Source of the DNA: Gemmatimonadota bacterium | GTDB taxonomy: Bacteria > Gemmatimonadota > Gemmatimonadetes > Longimicrobiales > Gaopeijiaceae | DNA length: 64,000 bases | NCBI GenBank assembly: GCA_034521595.1 | Contig: JAXHMG010000003.1 | Coordinates: forward strand, 640,001 to 704,000 | Direction of reading: 5' to 3' | In this document: positions 32,842 through 41,781 of the stretch, in pieces | How positions within the stretch are numbered: position 1 is the first letter of the stretch | How the letters are laid out: every line of letters begins with the position of its first letter | The notes under the pieces: generated by a model | The model's input: the letters and a program-made list of their open reading frames with translations, nothing else | Told to the model about the DNA's origin: nothing | Database searches by the model: none | Program-made: the position numbers and the translations under genes

Positions 32842-33284
32842 TCTCCGGGTTTCCGCCCCAGCAGGGGGACGGGATCGACCGGGCGGCCCCACCTCCAGAT
32901 TTCGAAATGGAGGTGGGGGGCCGTCACGTCTCCCGACGCACCGCTGTGTCCGATGACGCTCCCTCCCCGGACGAGGCTACCGGCGGCTACGTGGATCTCC
33001 GAAAGGTGGGCGTAGACGCTCAGGACGGAGCCGCCGTGGTCTAGCCAGATCACGTTGCCGTACCCGCGCATCGTGCCGGCGTAGCGCACCTCCGCGTCGG
33101 CCATCGCCCGAACCGGAGTGGCCGGCGGAACGCGCAGATCCACCCCGCGGTGCGTTCCGGGCACGATACCCGAGAACCTCAACCCGTACGGAGAGGTCAT
33201 CGGGGCCTCGACCGGCCAACGGGGGAGTCCACATCCCGTCGTGGTGGCGAGGCATAGCGCCAGGACCACGGCCGGGAGCTTCAT
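32838..33284 (-). CDS. M23-family peptidase lipoprotein
   Basis: TTGC lipobox-like, HRGVD, GYGN, YAHL, PHLHFE. Confidence 0.9.
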   Translation of the reverse strand: MKLPAVVLALCLATTTGCGLPRWPVEAPMTSPYGLRFSGIVPGTHRGVDLRVPPATPVRAMADAEVRYAGTMRGYGNVIWLDHGGSVLSVYAHLSEIHVAAGSLVRGGSVIGHSGASGDVTAPHLHFEIWRWGRPVDPVPLLGRKPGD

Positions 33285-34585
33285 CGGTATTCGTCGGTGG
33301 CGTTTCCGTCCAGAAGCAGGACGTCCACGACCTCTTCCCTACCGATGGAGCCGGTGCCCGGGGGAAGGATGGCAAGGCCGTCGGCGAGCGCCAGGCCGCT
33401 GACCAGGCCGGATCCTTGAGGTCCGGTCAGATGGGCGGTCGGTGGTTCGCTCGTGCGGTCGAGCGAAACCCGCAAGTAGGCGGTGAGGTCGGTCGGGCCG
33501 CGGAGGTCTTCGCCCGCTACGCATCGTAGCCTTGGCCGAAACCGTGCTTCGTGTCCCGCCGAGCTTCGTAGGAAGGGGCGTACGAAGAGCTCGAAGGTGA
33601 CGAACGCAGAAGCGGGATTGCCGGGGAGCCCGAACACGGGCTGCAGCGCATCCTCACGGGGAAGGAGACCGAAGCTGAATGGGCTTCCCGGACGGAGGCG
33701 GACCCGCCAGAAGTCCTGTCGAAAGCCGGCCCGATCCAGCACGCGCTTCACCAGGTCGGCCTCCCCCATCGATGCTCCGCCGATCGTGACGAGCACGTCC
33801 GCGTATGCCGCATCGCTCAGGTGGGCGGCAAGGTCCTCTTCGTCGTCTCCGGCGATCCGTCGCTCCCCGGGGTCCCCTCCTGCGCCGCGCACCATGGCGG
33901 CCAGCATCGGCGTGTTGGACTCCGGGATGCCCTTGCCCTTCACGACGTCGTCGTAACGCTCCGGCGGACGTAGCTCGTCGCCGGTCGCGATGAGAGCCAC
34001 ACGCGGCCTCCGGTGAACCGTCAGCCTGTTTCGGCCGAGCGCGGCCGCGAGCCCGGTGACGCCCGCGGTGACCGTGCGGCCCGCCTCCAGCACCGTTTGC
34101 CCGACACGCATGTCTTCCCCGGCCGGACGCACGTAGCGACCCCTTTCGACGGCGGCGGTGACGAGCACGTGACCCCCATGGGCCTCCTGGTCCGTGTCCT
34201 CGACCTTCACCACGGTATCCGCGCCCGGGGGAAGGGGGGCGCCCGTCATGATCCGGACCGCTCCCCGCGGTGGGACGCGGACGGTTTCGGTGTGGCCGGC
34301 CCAGACACGGCCGGCCACACGCAGGTGTGCCGGGGAGCTGGGTGTCGCTCGAGCGATATCCGCGGCACGGACGGCGTATCCATCCATGGCCGAGTTGCTC
34401 CAGGGCGGGAGCGTGGCGTTCGCCACCAGTGGCTCCGCCAGCACCCGTCCATCGGCTCCGTCGAGCGGCACGGATTCGGCGTCGAGCGGTCGCACGCGTC
34501 GCAGAATCCGCCCCATCGCTTCCTCGACGGAGAGCCAGTCGGCCGCACGGGCCTCGAATTGGGCGCTCCCGTCGGACGTGCTCAT
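33281..34585 (-). CDS. moeA: molybdopterin molybdenumtransferase MoeA
   Basis: SAMDGYA, RIMTGAPLP, TGDEL, GLPGNP, QGSG. Confidence 0.95.
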   Translation of the reverse strand: MSTSDGSAQFEARAADWLSVEEAMGRILRRVRPLDAESVPLDGADGRVLAEPLVANATLPPWSNSAMDGYAVRAADIARATPSSPAHLRVAGRVWAGHTETVRVPPRGAVRIMTGAPLPPGADTVVKVEDTDQEAHGGHVLVTAAVERGRYVRPAGEDMRVGQTVLEAGRTVTAGVTGLAAALGRNRLTVHRRPRVALIATGDELRPPERYDDVVKGKGIPESNTPMLAAMVRGAGGDPGERRIAGDDEEDLAAHLSDAAYADVLVTIGGASMGEADLVKRVLDRAGFRQDFWRVRLRPGSPFSFGLLPREDALQPVFGLPGNPASAFVTFELFVRPFLRSSAGHEARFRPRLRCVAGEDLRGPTDLTAYLRVSLDRTSEPPTAHLTGPQGSGLVSGLALADGLAILPPGTGSIGREEVVDVLLLDGNATDEYR

Positions 34586-34598
34586 CGAACCCGGATAT

Positions 34599-35294
34599 TC
34601 ACCAGCGCACGAGTGTCGAGAGGGTGAGCCCGAGGGAGTGCAGCCATTCGTCCTCTTCGACCGCTTCGAAGCCGTACGCGGGATCACTGAAACCCGGGGG
34701 CGTGCCTGCCTTCCAGAGCGAGAAGGTGCCATCGAGCCGCAGCGCGAAGCGCTCGGTCATGAACCACCGGACGCCCAGGCCGCTCGTCCCATAGAAGCTG
34801 GTGCCGAAGCCGAACCGGTTCTCGGGCTCGAGCGTCCGATCCGTCTCGGTTTCTTCCTCGAGGTCGAAAACGACGCCCCCGCCCGCGACCAAGAACGGGC
34901 TGAGTCGGTGCCACGCGCGGTCTCCGGTGAGGGAGAACTTGAAGCGGGCGTCGACCGTCGTGAGCAGCACGTCCGCTTCCCCGATCACTCGGTCTCCCTC
35001 CACCCGGCCGGGGCTGATGATGTTCCGGGTCCCGTCCATCACCGTCCCCACGCCTTCGAGGGAGAGAGGACCGGATAGCTCGATGCCCCAGCGCCCACCA
35101 TAGATTCGACCCCCTTTCGGGGCGTACTCGAACCGGCCGGTTCCCGCGTCGGCCACCCCGAAGATGGGACCGGCTTCCTGTTTCTTCTCGATGAACGTGA
35201 ACGGGGACGGCACGCTCTGGGCTTCCACCGCGTGGGTGCCGAGGGCGGCGAATCCCATGACCGCCGCGAATGAATGCCAGATTCTGAGCCGCAT
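34599..35294 (-). CDS. probable outer-membrane beta-barrel protein
   Basis: Signal peptide (AVEA-Q), alternating amphipathic strands (SPFLVAGGGV, GLGVRWF, ALRLDG), terminal aromatic W. Confidence 0.65.
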   Translation of the reverse strand: MRLRIWHSFAAVMGFAALGTHAVEAQSVPSPFTFIEKKQEAGPIFGVADAGTGRFEYAPKGGRIYGGRWGIELSGPLSLEGVGTVMDGTRNIISPGRVEGDRVIGEADVLLTTVDARFKFSLTGDRAWHRLSPFLVAGGGVVFDLEEETETDRTLEPENRFGFGTSFYGTSGLGVRWFMTERFALRLDGTFSLWKAGTPPGFSDPAYGFEAVEEDEWLHSLGLTLSTLVRW

Positions 35295-35428
35295 GCGGGT
35301 GCCGCACTCCTCTTCAGGGGCAGGTGTAGAATTGACGCTCTGGTGCGTCTCGGGCAGATTGGGAGGACGAGCGGCCACGCTCGAACGCCCCTTGTAACAC
35401 CGCCCGTCCTGGATCGTTTCAAGACAAT

Positions 35429-36502
35429 ATGACAGGGTCTGCGAGGTCTTGTAGGGGGGGGTCGAGCCTCGGGGTGCGACTCGCCGCGATCGTCGCCGTC
35501 GTCATGGCGACGTGCCCCTTCCGTGCCGGCGCTCAGGAGCCGGTGCGAACACTCGTGGACGAGAACCTCAGGCTGGAGCCGCAGGGCCAGATCCTGGGGC
35601 GGCTCGACGCCGGCGCTCCGCTCACGCGGCGATCGGCTCGCGACTCCTGGGTCGAGGTCACCGTCGAGGGGTGGGTCTGGACCGCATCGCTCCGCACGAC
35701 CGAGCGCAACGGCTTCGATCTCGTCGTGTCCGTCACGGACGGGGAAAACCTCCGGGCCGAGCCTTCAGGGGAGGTTCTGGGGCGGCTGGAAGAGGGCACG
35801 CTCCTCGAGGAGGTGGGACGAGAGACCGGTTGGGTCCGGGTCCGCCGCACGGCGTGGATGTGGTCCGAATCGGTGTCCGAGCCGGCTGAGGTGACCGCGG
35901 ACGAGGCTCGGTCCGAGAGCGATGCGGCATCGCGCTCGGCTTCCGGCGCGGCGCCCTCGGGCGCTGGGGAACCCGACCGCTTCCTTCGAGTGCAGCCGGG
36001 CACGGAGATTCTCGGTGCGCCGGACGGCGACACGCTCGCCGTGACCTCGGGCAACGGGGACGTCGAGGTCTTGGCGAGGGAAGGGAACTGGGCTCGGGTG
36101 CGTCTCGATGGGTGGATGTGGCGACCTCGGAGCGCGGACGAAAGCGACGAGGAGGGAGCGCCTCCCGCGGAGGAGGTCACGCCCGAGACCTTGGCCGAAC
36201 CGACCGGAGAAAGCTACCGAGGACGGCGGGTTCGGTGGACCGTGCAGTTCATCTCACTCGAGCGGGCGGAAGCGATCCGGACGGACTTCTTCGAGGGAGA
36301 GCCATTCATTCTCGGAAGGTTCGGAGGTGGGGACGGGCCCTTCGTGTACGTGGCCGTGCCCCCCGATCGCGTGCCCGAGGTTCAGGGACTCACCCCGCTC
36401 GACCTGGTGACGGTGACCGGACGGGTACGGGAGACGTCGTCGACGCTCACCGGGACGCCCATTCTCGACCTCCTGTCCATCGAGCGAGGCTCCGAGCGGT
36501 GA
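35429..36502 (+). CDS. secreted protein with three SH3b-like repeats and a C-terminal OB-like domain
   Basis: ENLRLEPQGQILGRL...WVEV..GWVW, ENLRAEPSGEVLGRL...WVRV..AWMW, GNWARVRLDGWMW; VTVTGRV. Confidence 0.7.
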   Translation: MTGSARSCRGGSSLGVRLAAIVAVVMATCPFRAGAQEPVRTLVDENLRLEPQGQILGRLDAGAPLTRRSARDSWVEVTVEGWVWTASLRTTERNGFDLVVSVTDGENLRAEPSGEVLGRLEEGTLLEEVGRETGWVRVRRTAWMWSESVSEPAEVTADEARSESDAASRSASGAAPSGAGEPDRFLRVQPGTEILGAPDGDTLAVTSGNGDVEVLAREGNWARVRLDGWMWRPRSADESDEEGAPPAEEVTPETLAEPTGESYRGRRVRWTVQFISLERAEAIRTDFFEGEPFILGRFGGGDGPFVYVAVPPDRVPEVQGLTPLDLVTVTGRVRETSSTLTGTPILDLLSIERGSER

Positions 36503-38691
36503 CCACGCGACGGCGCACGTACGGGAGAGCGGCTTCGAGCGCGCTCTGGTCGTGTGGCATCGCCTTCTTGATCTCGGGATGCTCGGAGAACCCGGTCGAT
36601 CCACGACTCGCTCCGGTGGAGGTGGTCGTGGCCGAGGGGGACGGGCAGTACGGTACGGTCGGGACCGAGCTGGGAGAGCCCCTCCGGGTGGTCGTGCGTG
36701 AAGCGGCGTCGAAGCTTCCGGTCTCGGAGGTGAGCGTCCAGTGGACCGTGACGTCGGGCGACGCATCGTTGTCCGGTCCGGACGTCAGGGTCACGGACGA
36801 GGCGGGCATCGCGGAAACCACCCTTCGTCTCGGGCCGGCGGAAGGAAGGGTCACGGTCTCCGCGACGGTCGCTGATCAACCCGACGCGCACGTCACGCTC
36901 CAAGCGTTCGTGGTTGGCATTCCCCGGATCACGGCGGTCGATCCCGCCGAGGTCGAGGCGGGAGGGACGGTCGTGCTCGAGGGGGAGAACTTCAGTCCGA
37001 CACCGGAGCAGAACCTGGTCCTGTTCGAGGGGCTCCGAGGACGTGTGGAGACCGCGACCCCGACCCGCATGGAGGTCGAGGTTCCCGACTGTATCCCGAG
37101 CCGCTCGACCGTGGAGGTTCGCGCCGGTCTCGGCTCGGTGATGAGCGAAGCGGTGCCGTTGTCCGTGTCCGGGACGGGCGGTAGCCTGCCGCTAGACGTC
37201 GGTGATGTCGTCGACCTCGACGATCCCGACGGTCTGGACTGTGTCCGCCTCTCGGGCGCGGACAGCGCGGCCTACGTCGCGGTCGCGACTTCGGCGAGTA
37301 CGATCGCCGGTGCGACTCATCCGTTCCGTATGACCGGGCTCGCATCCGGGGGAGGGCGAACGACGGCCGGTCGGGCTCGAGACGTCCTGTCGGGGGCGCC
37401 GCCTCGGGGAGACGCCCCGGAGGAGCTCTCGGCGCAGGAGCGGTTCGAGTCGAGCTTGCGTCTCGAGGAGGCCGAGCTGGTCGAGAGGCGCGTCTCCGGA
37501 GCTCATCCGACTCCCGAGGCGTTGCGCGCGCCGGCGGCCGCCCCCTCCACTGGTCAGCACCGCGACTTCTTCGTGTTCAATGGCGGCGACGACGCGGCGG
37601 ATCGCTTCGACCAGGTCCGAGCCACCGTGAGGCACGTGAGTCGGCATGCCGTCATCTACGTGGACGACGAGGCGCCGGAAGGGGGTTTCACCGACGCGGA
37701 CCTCGACAGCATCGGGGAGCGTTTCGACGAAGTGATTCACCCCACCGTGACCGATGTGTTCGGTGCCCCGTCGGACCTGGACGGGAACGAGCGCGTCGCC
37801 ATGCTCTTCACCCCGGTCGTCAACGAGCTCACCGAGCGGGAGTCCGACAGCTTCGTCGGAGGGTTCTTCTACGGTCGCGACCTGATGCCGGAGCTCGCGT
37901 CGAGTAACGGGGGCGAGATCTTCTATGCGTTGGTCCCGGATCCGAACGGTGAGCACGGGGATCCGAGGCAGCTGTCGCAGGTGAGGTCCGTGGTGCCGTC
38001 GATTTTGGCCCACGAGTTCCAGCACATGGTCCACTTCAACCAGCGCGTGTTGCTGCGGGACGCCTCTCAGGACGCGCTCTGGATGTTGGAAGGGTTGGCA
38101 CAAATGGCCGAGGAGCTCGTGGCCCGCGCCTACGAGCGGCGGTCCGCGCCGTCGGACGCGGAGCTCTTCCGCGATGGGAACCGCCGCCGCGCACGGCTCT
38201 ATCTCGACCGCCCCGATTCGGTGAGTCTGATCGTGTCGAGCGGACGGGGCACGCTCGCCGAGCGTGGCGCCGGCTTTCTCTTTCTCTTGTATCTGCACCA
38301 GCAGCACGAAGGCGATCTCCTGTCCCGATTGACCCGTACCCGACGGACGGGGGTAGAGAACGTGGAGGCCGAGACCGGCCGCCAGTGGGGTGACCTCGTG
38401 CCCGAGTGGTCGGCGGCCGCGTTCCTGGACCGTGAGGGTGTTGGACGGGAAACGCTTCGCTACCGGGATTACGACCTTGCCGGCTTCCTGGGCGATCCTT
38501 TCCCGTTGTTCTGGGAGACCGGCGGTGATCGGGACTTCTCACGCTCCTCGAGATTGCCCTCTTCGGCGAGCCGATACTTCGTCCTGGTGCCCGGAGAGAC
38601 CGCCATCTTGAGCGTCGGTTTCGCGGGAGCGGGAGGTGGACGCCACGCGCTGTCCGCTCGGACGGGATTGAGGATCGTGCGGATACGGTGA
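36499..38691 (+). CDS. lipoprotein with Ig-like (Big_1) and IPT/TIG domains and an M30-like zinc peptidase domain
   Basis: ISGC lipobox, GDGQ.G.VG..L..PL.V, PRITAVDP..G..V.LEGENF, AHEFQHMVH...WMLEGLA; GTGA overlap with upstream gene. Confidence 0.75.
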   Translation: MTTRRRTYGRAASSALWSCGIAFLISGCSENPVDPRLAPVEVVVAEGDGQYGTVGTELGEPLRVVVREAASKLPVSEVSVQWTVTSGDASLSGPDVRVTDEAGIAETTLRLGPAEGRVTVSATVADQPDAHVTLQAFVVGIPRITAVDPAEVEAGGTVVLEGENFSPTPEQNLVLFEGLRGRVETATPTRMEVEVPDCIPSRSTVEVRAGLGSVMSEAVPLSVSGTGGSLPLDVGDVVDLDDPDGLDCVRLSGADSAAYVAVATSASTIAGATHPFRMTGLASGGGRTTAGRARDVLSGAPPRGDAPEELSAQERFESSLRLEEAELVERRVSGAHPTPEALRAPAAAPSTGQHRDFFVFNGGDDAADRFDQVRATVRHVSRHAVIYVDDEAPEGGFTDADLDSIGERFDEVIHPTVTDVFGAPSDLDGNERVAMLFTPVVNELTERESDSFVGGFFYGRDLMPELASSNGGEIFYALVPDPNGEHGDPRQLSQVRSVVPSILAHEFQHMVHFNQRVLLRDASQDALWMLEGLAQMAEELVARAYERRSAPSDAELFRDGNRRRARLYLDRPDSVSLIVSSGRGTLAERGAGFLFLLYLHQQHEGDLLSRLTRTRRTGVENVEAETGRQWGDLVPEWSAAAFLDREGVGRETLRYRDYDLAGFLGDPFPLFWETGGDRDFSRSSRLPSSASRYFVLVPGETAILSVGFAGAGGGRHALSARTGLRIVRIR

Positions 38692-38752
38692 GGAGTAGCG
38701 TACCCGGTTCTGAATCTTTGGCGGGATGGCGTCGTAGGGAACGGAGAGGCGT

Positions 38753-39565
38753 ATGCCATCCGATGACTTTCGCACGCTGAGGCCCATGCACTGCACCACC
38801 TGTGGCGAGGCGATCGAGCCTGGTGAGGACCGCTGCACCACCTGCGGTGCGGTCGCGCCCGCGGCGCGGATCGTGGGACATGCGGACCGAGTGCGGGCCT
38901 GCCCTCGCTGCGCGTACCAGGGCGAAGGCGTGCCGTACTTTCGCCGGGCCGGGCACGTGGCTCTGTTGGTCGGGGTGAGCGTCTTTACCTACGGGATCGG
39001 CGGACTCGTATACTGGTTGGTGCGTCGGCACCATCTCGTGTGCCCGCGATGCGGCCTCGGTTGGGAGAATGCGGCCCGCGTGATGTCCGTGGCGGGCCCC
39101 GAGGCCGAGCAACATCTTTCGAACGGGAAGGGAGCGCTCGACGAGCCATTGCCGAGTGCGGGCCTCAAGCGGCGCATCGGTGGGGTGGCGATGGTCCTCT
39201 TGGCCACGCTGCTCGTGCTCGTGGGTATCGTGGAAGGGGAGGCGGCGGCCGTCGCGCTCGGAAGCGTGGTCGGGGTGGGAGGGTCGCTGACGTTCTACTG
39301 GGGCTGGCGGGGTCTTCAGGACCGGCGTCACGCCGTCCTGCGGGGGTTGCAGCGGCGGGTTCTCCACCTCGCGGCGGAGAAAGGGGGCACGCTCACTGTG
39401 ACGGAGGCTGCCGCGGAGTTGAACCTTTCGCTGTCCGCGGCGGAGAGGATCCTCACCGGAATGGACGATGATTTCCGTGTGCGGTCCGAGATCTCGCGGG
39501 AGGGGGTCCTCTACTACGAGTTCCCGGAGCTTCGGCACCGGGGAGACCTCGGGCCCGGGGTCTGA
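38753..39565 (+). CDS. membrane protein with double zinc ribbon, LITAF-like CxxC-hydrophobic-CxxC segment and C-terminal HTH-like domain
   Basis: CTTC..CTTC, CPRC-TM-HHLVCPRC, two more TMs, GTLTVTEAAAELNLSLSAAERIL...YEFPEL. Confidence 0.7.
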   Translation: MPSDDFRTLRPMHCTTCGEAIEPGEDRCTTCGAVAPAARIVGHADRVRACPRCAYQGEGVPYFRRAGHVALLVGVSVFTYGIGGLVYWLVRRHHLVCPRCGLGWENAARVMSVAGPEAEQHLSNGKGALDEPLPSAGLKRRIGGVAMVLLATLLVLVGIVEGEAAAVALGSVVGVGGSLTFYWGWRGLQDRRHAVLRGLQRRVLHLAAEKGGTLTVTEAAAELNLSLSAAERILTGMDDDFRVRSEISREGVLYYEFPELRHRGDLGPGV

Positions 39566-39697
39566 TCCGGAGGGCCCGTCGACTGCACCTACGTCGACGG
39601 CTGCTTTCTCCCGGCCCCTATGTCGATTCGGGACGCATTTCAATCGGCTGGGGGTGAAAATGTTGTGTGTGGGTCCGGGAGGGTACTACCTTGAGGA

Positions 39698-41518
39698 ATG
39701 CTCCCGACACACATCAGTTCGTCCGACCCGATCCGGACCTCTCCGACCCGCGTCGTCGGTCTCTCGGAGCACAGAAGCCGTCGACGACAAAGGCTTGCGC
39801 TCGCGCGCGCGATCTTATCCGGCGACGCGGTGCGCGCCGCTCTCGTGGATCACCTGAGCGAATTCGCCCAGATCACTGGAGCGGACCGTGCCGCGGCCGT
39901 GTGGATCGACGAGTACAGCGAGGGTGGCGTCCATCCGCACGTAGTCCTCGACCTGCTGAGCGACCGTCCTCGCCGTGCATTTCCGCGCGAGCCACTCGAG
40001 CGAGCATGGGAGTTGGGTCTGCCGGGGACGTACGAAGCCGGAAGCTCCTCCAACCGGCATGACGCGGAAGCCTCGAGCTGCTTCGCGGTCGCGCTCGGAA
40101 GCGACGGTGCACGAGCCTGGTTCCTCGTTTCCGACTCGGTCGGTCCCCGGCCGTGGTTGACGGCCAAGGACCGAGAGCGGGCGATGTTCTTGTCCGGAGA
40201 GTGCGCGAGTGCGCTGCTTCACCGGGATCTCGATGAGCTCTCCGAGCAGCCGAAACGGAATGGTCGGGGCTTCGTCGGGCTACCCGTTCTCGACGATTGC
40301 GAGGGCCGGGAGGATCGCCCCGAGGTCACGGCCAAGGTGGAGCAACGCTTCTTGGTGGTCCGGCTCACGCGAGCGTTGATCGACGGCGAGCTCGATGACG
40401 CCCCCGAAGATACGTGGCGTGAACGTCTGGACACGGTACGGGCGGAGGTGGGCAAGCGTGTCGACGACGGGGGAGACGCCGAGGATCGCTGGGCCCCCGT
40501 GTTGGACGCCGTCGCCGGCCGTACTTTTGTAGACTTGGCCGACGCGCTCCTCCATGCCGGAAGATCGGCCGAAACCGAAGGGCACGTTCACGGGGCACTG
40601 GAGCTGTATCGTTGCGCATACGATGCGGCCGCGACCGTAATGCACGCGGGAGCAGCGGTGGATGCGGCTCGCTGCCAGGGAAGGGTTCAGCGCCGCCTTG
40701 CCCGATGGGAGGATTCGGTCCGCCAATACCAGCTGGCGCACGATGTGGCGGTGGCGGCGGAGCTCTGGGAGCGTGCGGCGCGGGTGCTCGTCGGTCTGGC
40801 CTCGGTGCGGCGGGAAGTGGGCAACATCCCCGACGCACGCAGGGAGCACGTACGGGCGCTCGAGTTCGCCGAACGGTGTGGTGATGCCGACACCGTCGCC
40901 ACCGTGCATCACGGCATTCTCACTGTCGAGCACGTGGCCGGCAATCTGGATGTGGCGCTACAGCACGGATGGTCCGCGGTGTCACAGTACGAGGACGAGT
41001 CCGGCAGGATGCGGTGCCTCGCCAGTCTGGCCGGGGTCTTGCTCGAGTTCGGTGATCGGACCGCGTCGGAAGACGCGTGGACCGTAGTCGCGGAACGCAC
41101 CGCTGATCTCTACTATCGGATCTATGCGCGTGATGCGCTCGCGTATTTGGCCGCCCTCCGGGGAGACTTGGAGGGATTCCAGCGACAGGCCGCTTTGTGT
41201 GATGCCCTGGACTGGGAATCGGGACCGCTGTCGGCGAAGGCCGAGATCCTCTATTACCGTGGCAAGAGCTTCCGTGCTCTCGGTCTCCGCGATACCGCGA
41301 AAGCCTGGCTCGAGCGTGCGGTGACGTTCGCGGAGGAGCACGGCTTCAATCGTACGTTGTTCGAGGCTGAGGACGAGTTGAAGATGCTCGAGCAGGAGAA
41401 CGCGGTGCGTAACCGCGCGGCCGAGGACGACGCTGCAAACACGACGCCCGCCGCTCCTCCCGAGATCCGTGACGGACTTCGAGAGATGCGACGGGCGGTC
41501 GCCGCGTCGGGCTCGTGA
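39698..41518 (+). CDS. GAF-like + tetratricopeptide-repeat protein, candidate peptide receptor
   Basis: N-terminal TGADRAAAVW...FAVALG..AWFLV (GAF-like); ~7 TPR-like repeats, e.g. ARVLVGLASVRREVGNIPDARREHVRALEFA and AEILYYRGKSFRALGLRDTAKAWLERAVTFA. Confidence 0.75.
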   Translation: MLPTHISSSDPIRTSPTRVVGLSEHRSRRRQRLALARAILSGDAVRAALVDHLSEFAQITGADRAAAVWIDEYSEGGVHPHVVLDLLSDRPRRAFPREPLERAWELGLPGTYEAGSSSNRHDAEASSCFAVALGSDGARAWFLVSDSVGPRPWLTAKDRERAMFLSGECASALLHRDLDELSEQPKRNGRGFVGLPVLDDCEGREDRPEVTAKVEQRFLVVRLTRALIDGELDDAPEDTWRERLDTVRAEVGKRVDDGGDAEDRWAPVLDAVAGRTFVDLADALLHAGRSAETEGHVHGALELYRCAYDAAATVMHAGAAVDAARCQGRVQRRLARWEDSVRQYQLAHDVAVAAELWERAARVLVGLASVRREVGNIPDARREHVRALEFAERCGDADTVATVHHGILTVEHVAGNLDVALQHGWSAVSQYEDESGRMRCLASLAGVLLEFGDRTASEDAWTVVAERTADLYYRIYARDALAYLAALRGDLEGFQRQAALCDALDWESGPLSAKAEILYYRGKSFRALGLRDTAKAWLERAVTFAEEHGFNRTLFEAEDELKMLEQENAVRNRAAEDDAANTTPAAPPEIRDGLREMRRAVAASGS

Positions 41519-41531
41519 TGAAGAGCGCCGA

Positions 41532-41669
41532 CTACATGCCGGGGTCGGGGCTGTGCTGGAGCTCACCCGGGTCGGGGCTGTGGTCCGGACCAGTGATCGA
41601 CGAGGTGGTGCAGGCGGCGGTTCCAACCGTGAGGAGAAGCACGAGGAGGGAGCGTCGTAGAGTCTTCAT
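41532..41669 (-). CDS. 45-aa exported (pro)peptide with duplicated HSPDPG motif
   Basis: MKTLRRSLLVLLLTVGTAACTTSSITGPDHSPDPGELQHSPDPGM*; AGGA RBS 9 nt upstream; basic n-region, hydrophobic h-region, TAAC; in-frame 27-nt-period repeat. Confidence 0.7.
   Translation of the reverse strand: MKTLRRSLLVLLLTVGTAACTTSSITGPDHSPDPGELQHSPDPGM
41539..41582. repeat. 17-bp near-identical direct repeat (period 27 nt) encoding HSPDPG twice
   Basis: CCGGGGTCGGGGCTGTG (41539-41555) and CCCGGGTCGGGGCTGTG (41566-41582); the single mismatch is synonymous. Confidence 0.85.
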
Positions 41670-41781
41670 TCGAGACAATCCTGAATCTGGAGTGGGCCCG
41701 GTGTGAGGGCAGTTCGTTCTTCCGCTTGATTCAAGTTTTCTCGACCCTGGACTGCGGAAGGTACCTTTTTGCTTCCAAGGT

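Noticed and set aside
41532-41669. Peptide as a RiPP precursor
   Set aside because: It has a Sec/lipoprotein-type signal rather than a RiPP leader, and no modifying enzymes (radical SAM, YcaO, LanM, ATP-grasp) or peptidase-ABC exporter are nearby.
41469-41706. Plus-strand 63-aa ORFs (41469-41660, 41515-41706) as the TPR partner peptide
   Set aside because: No signal peptide and poorer repeat conservation at protein level; the minus-strand frame has an RBS, a signal peptide and an exact hexapeptide repeat.
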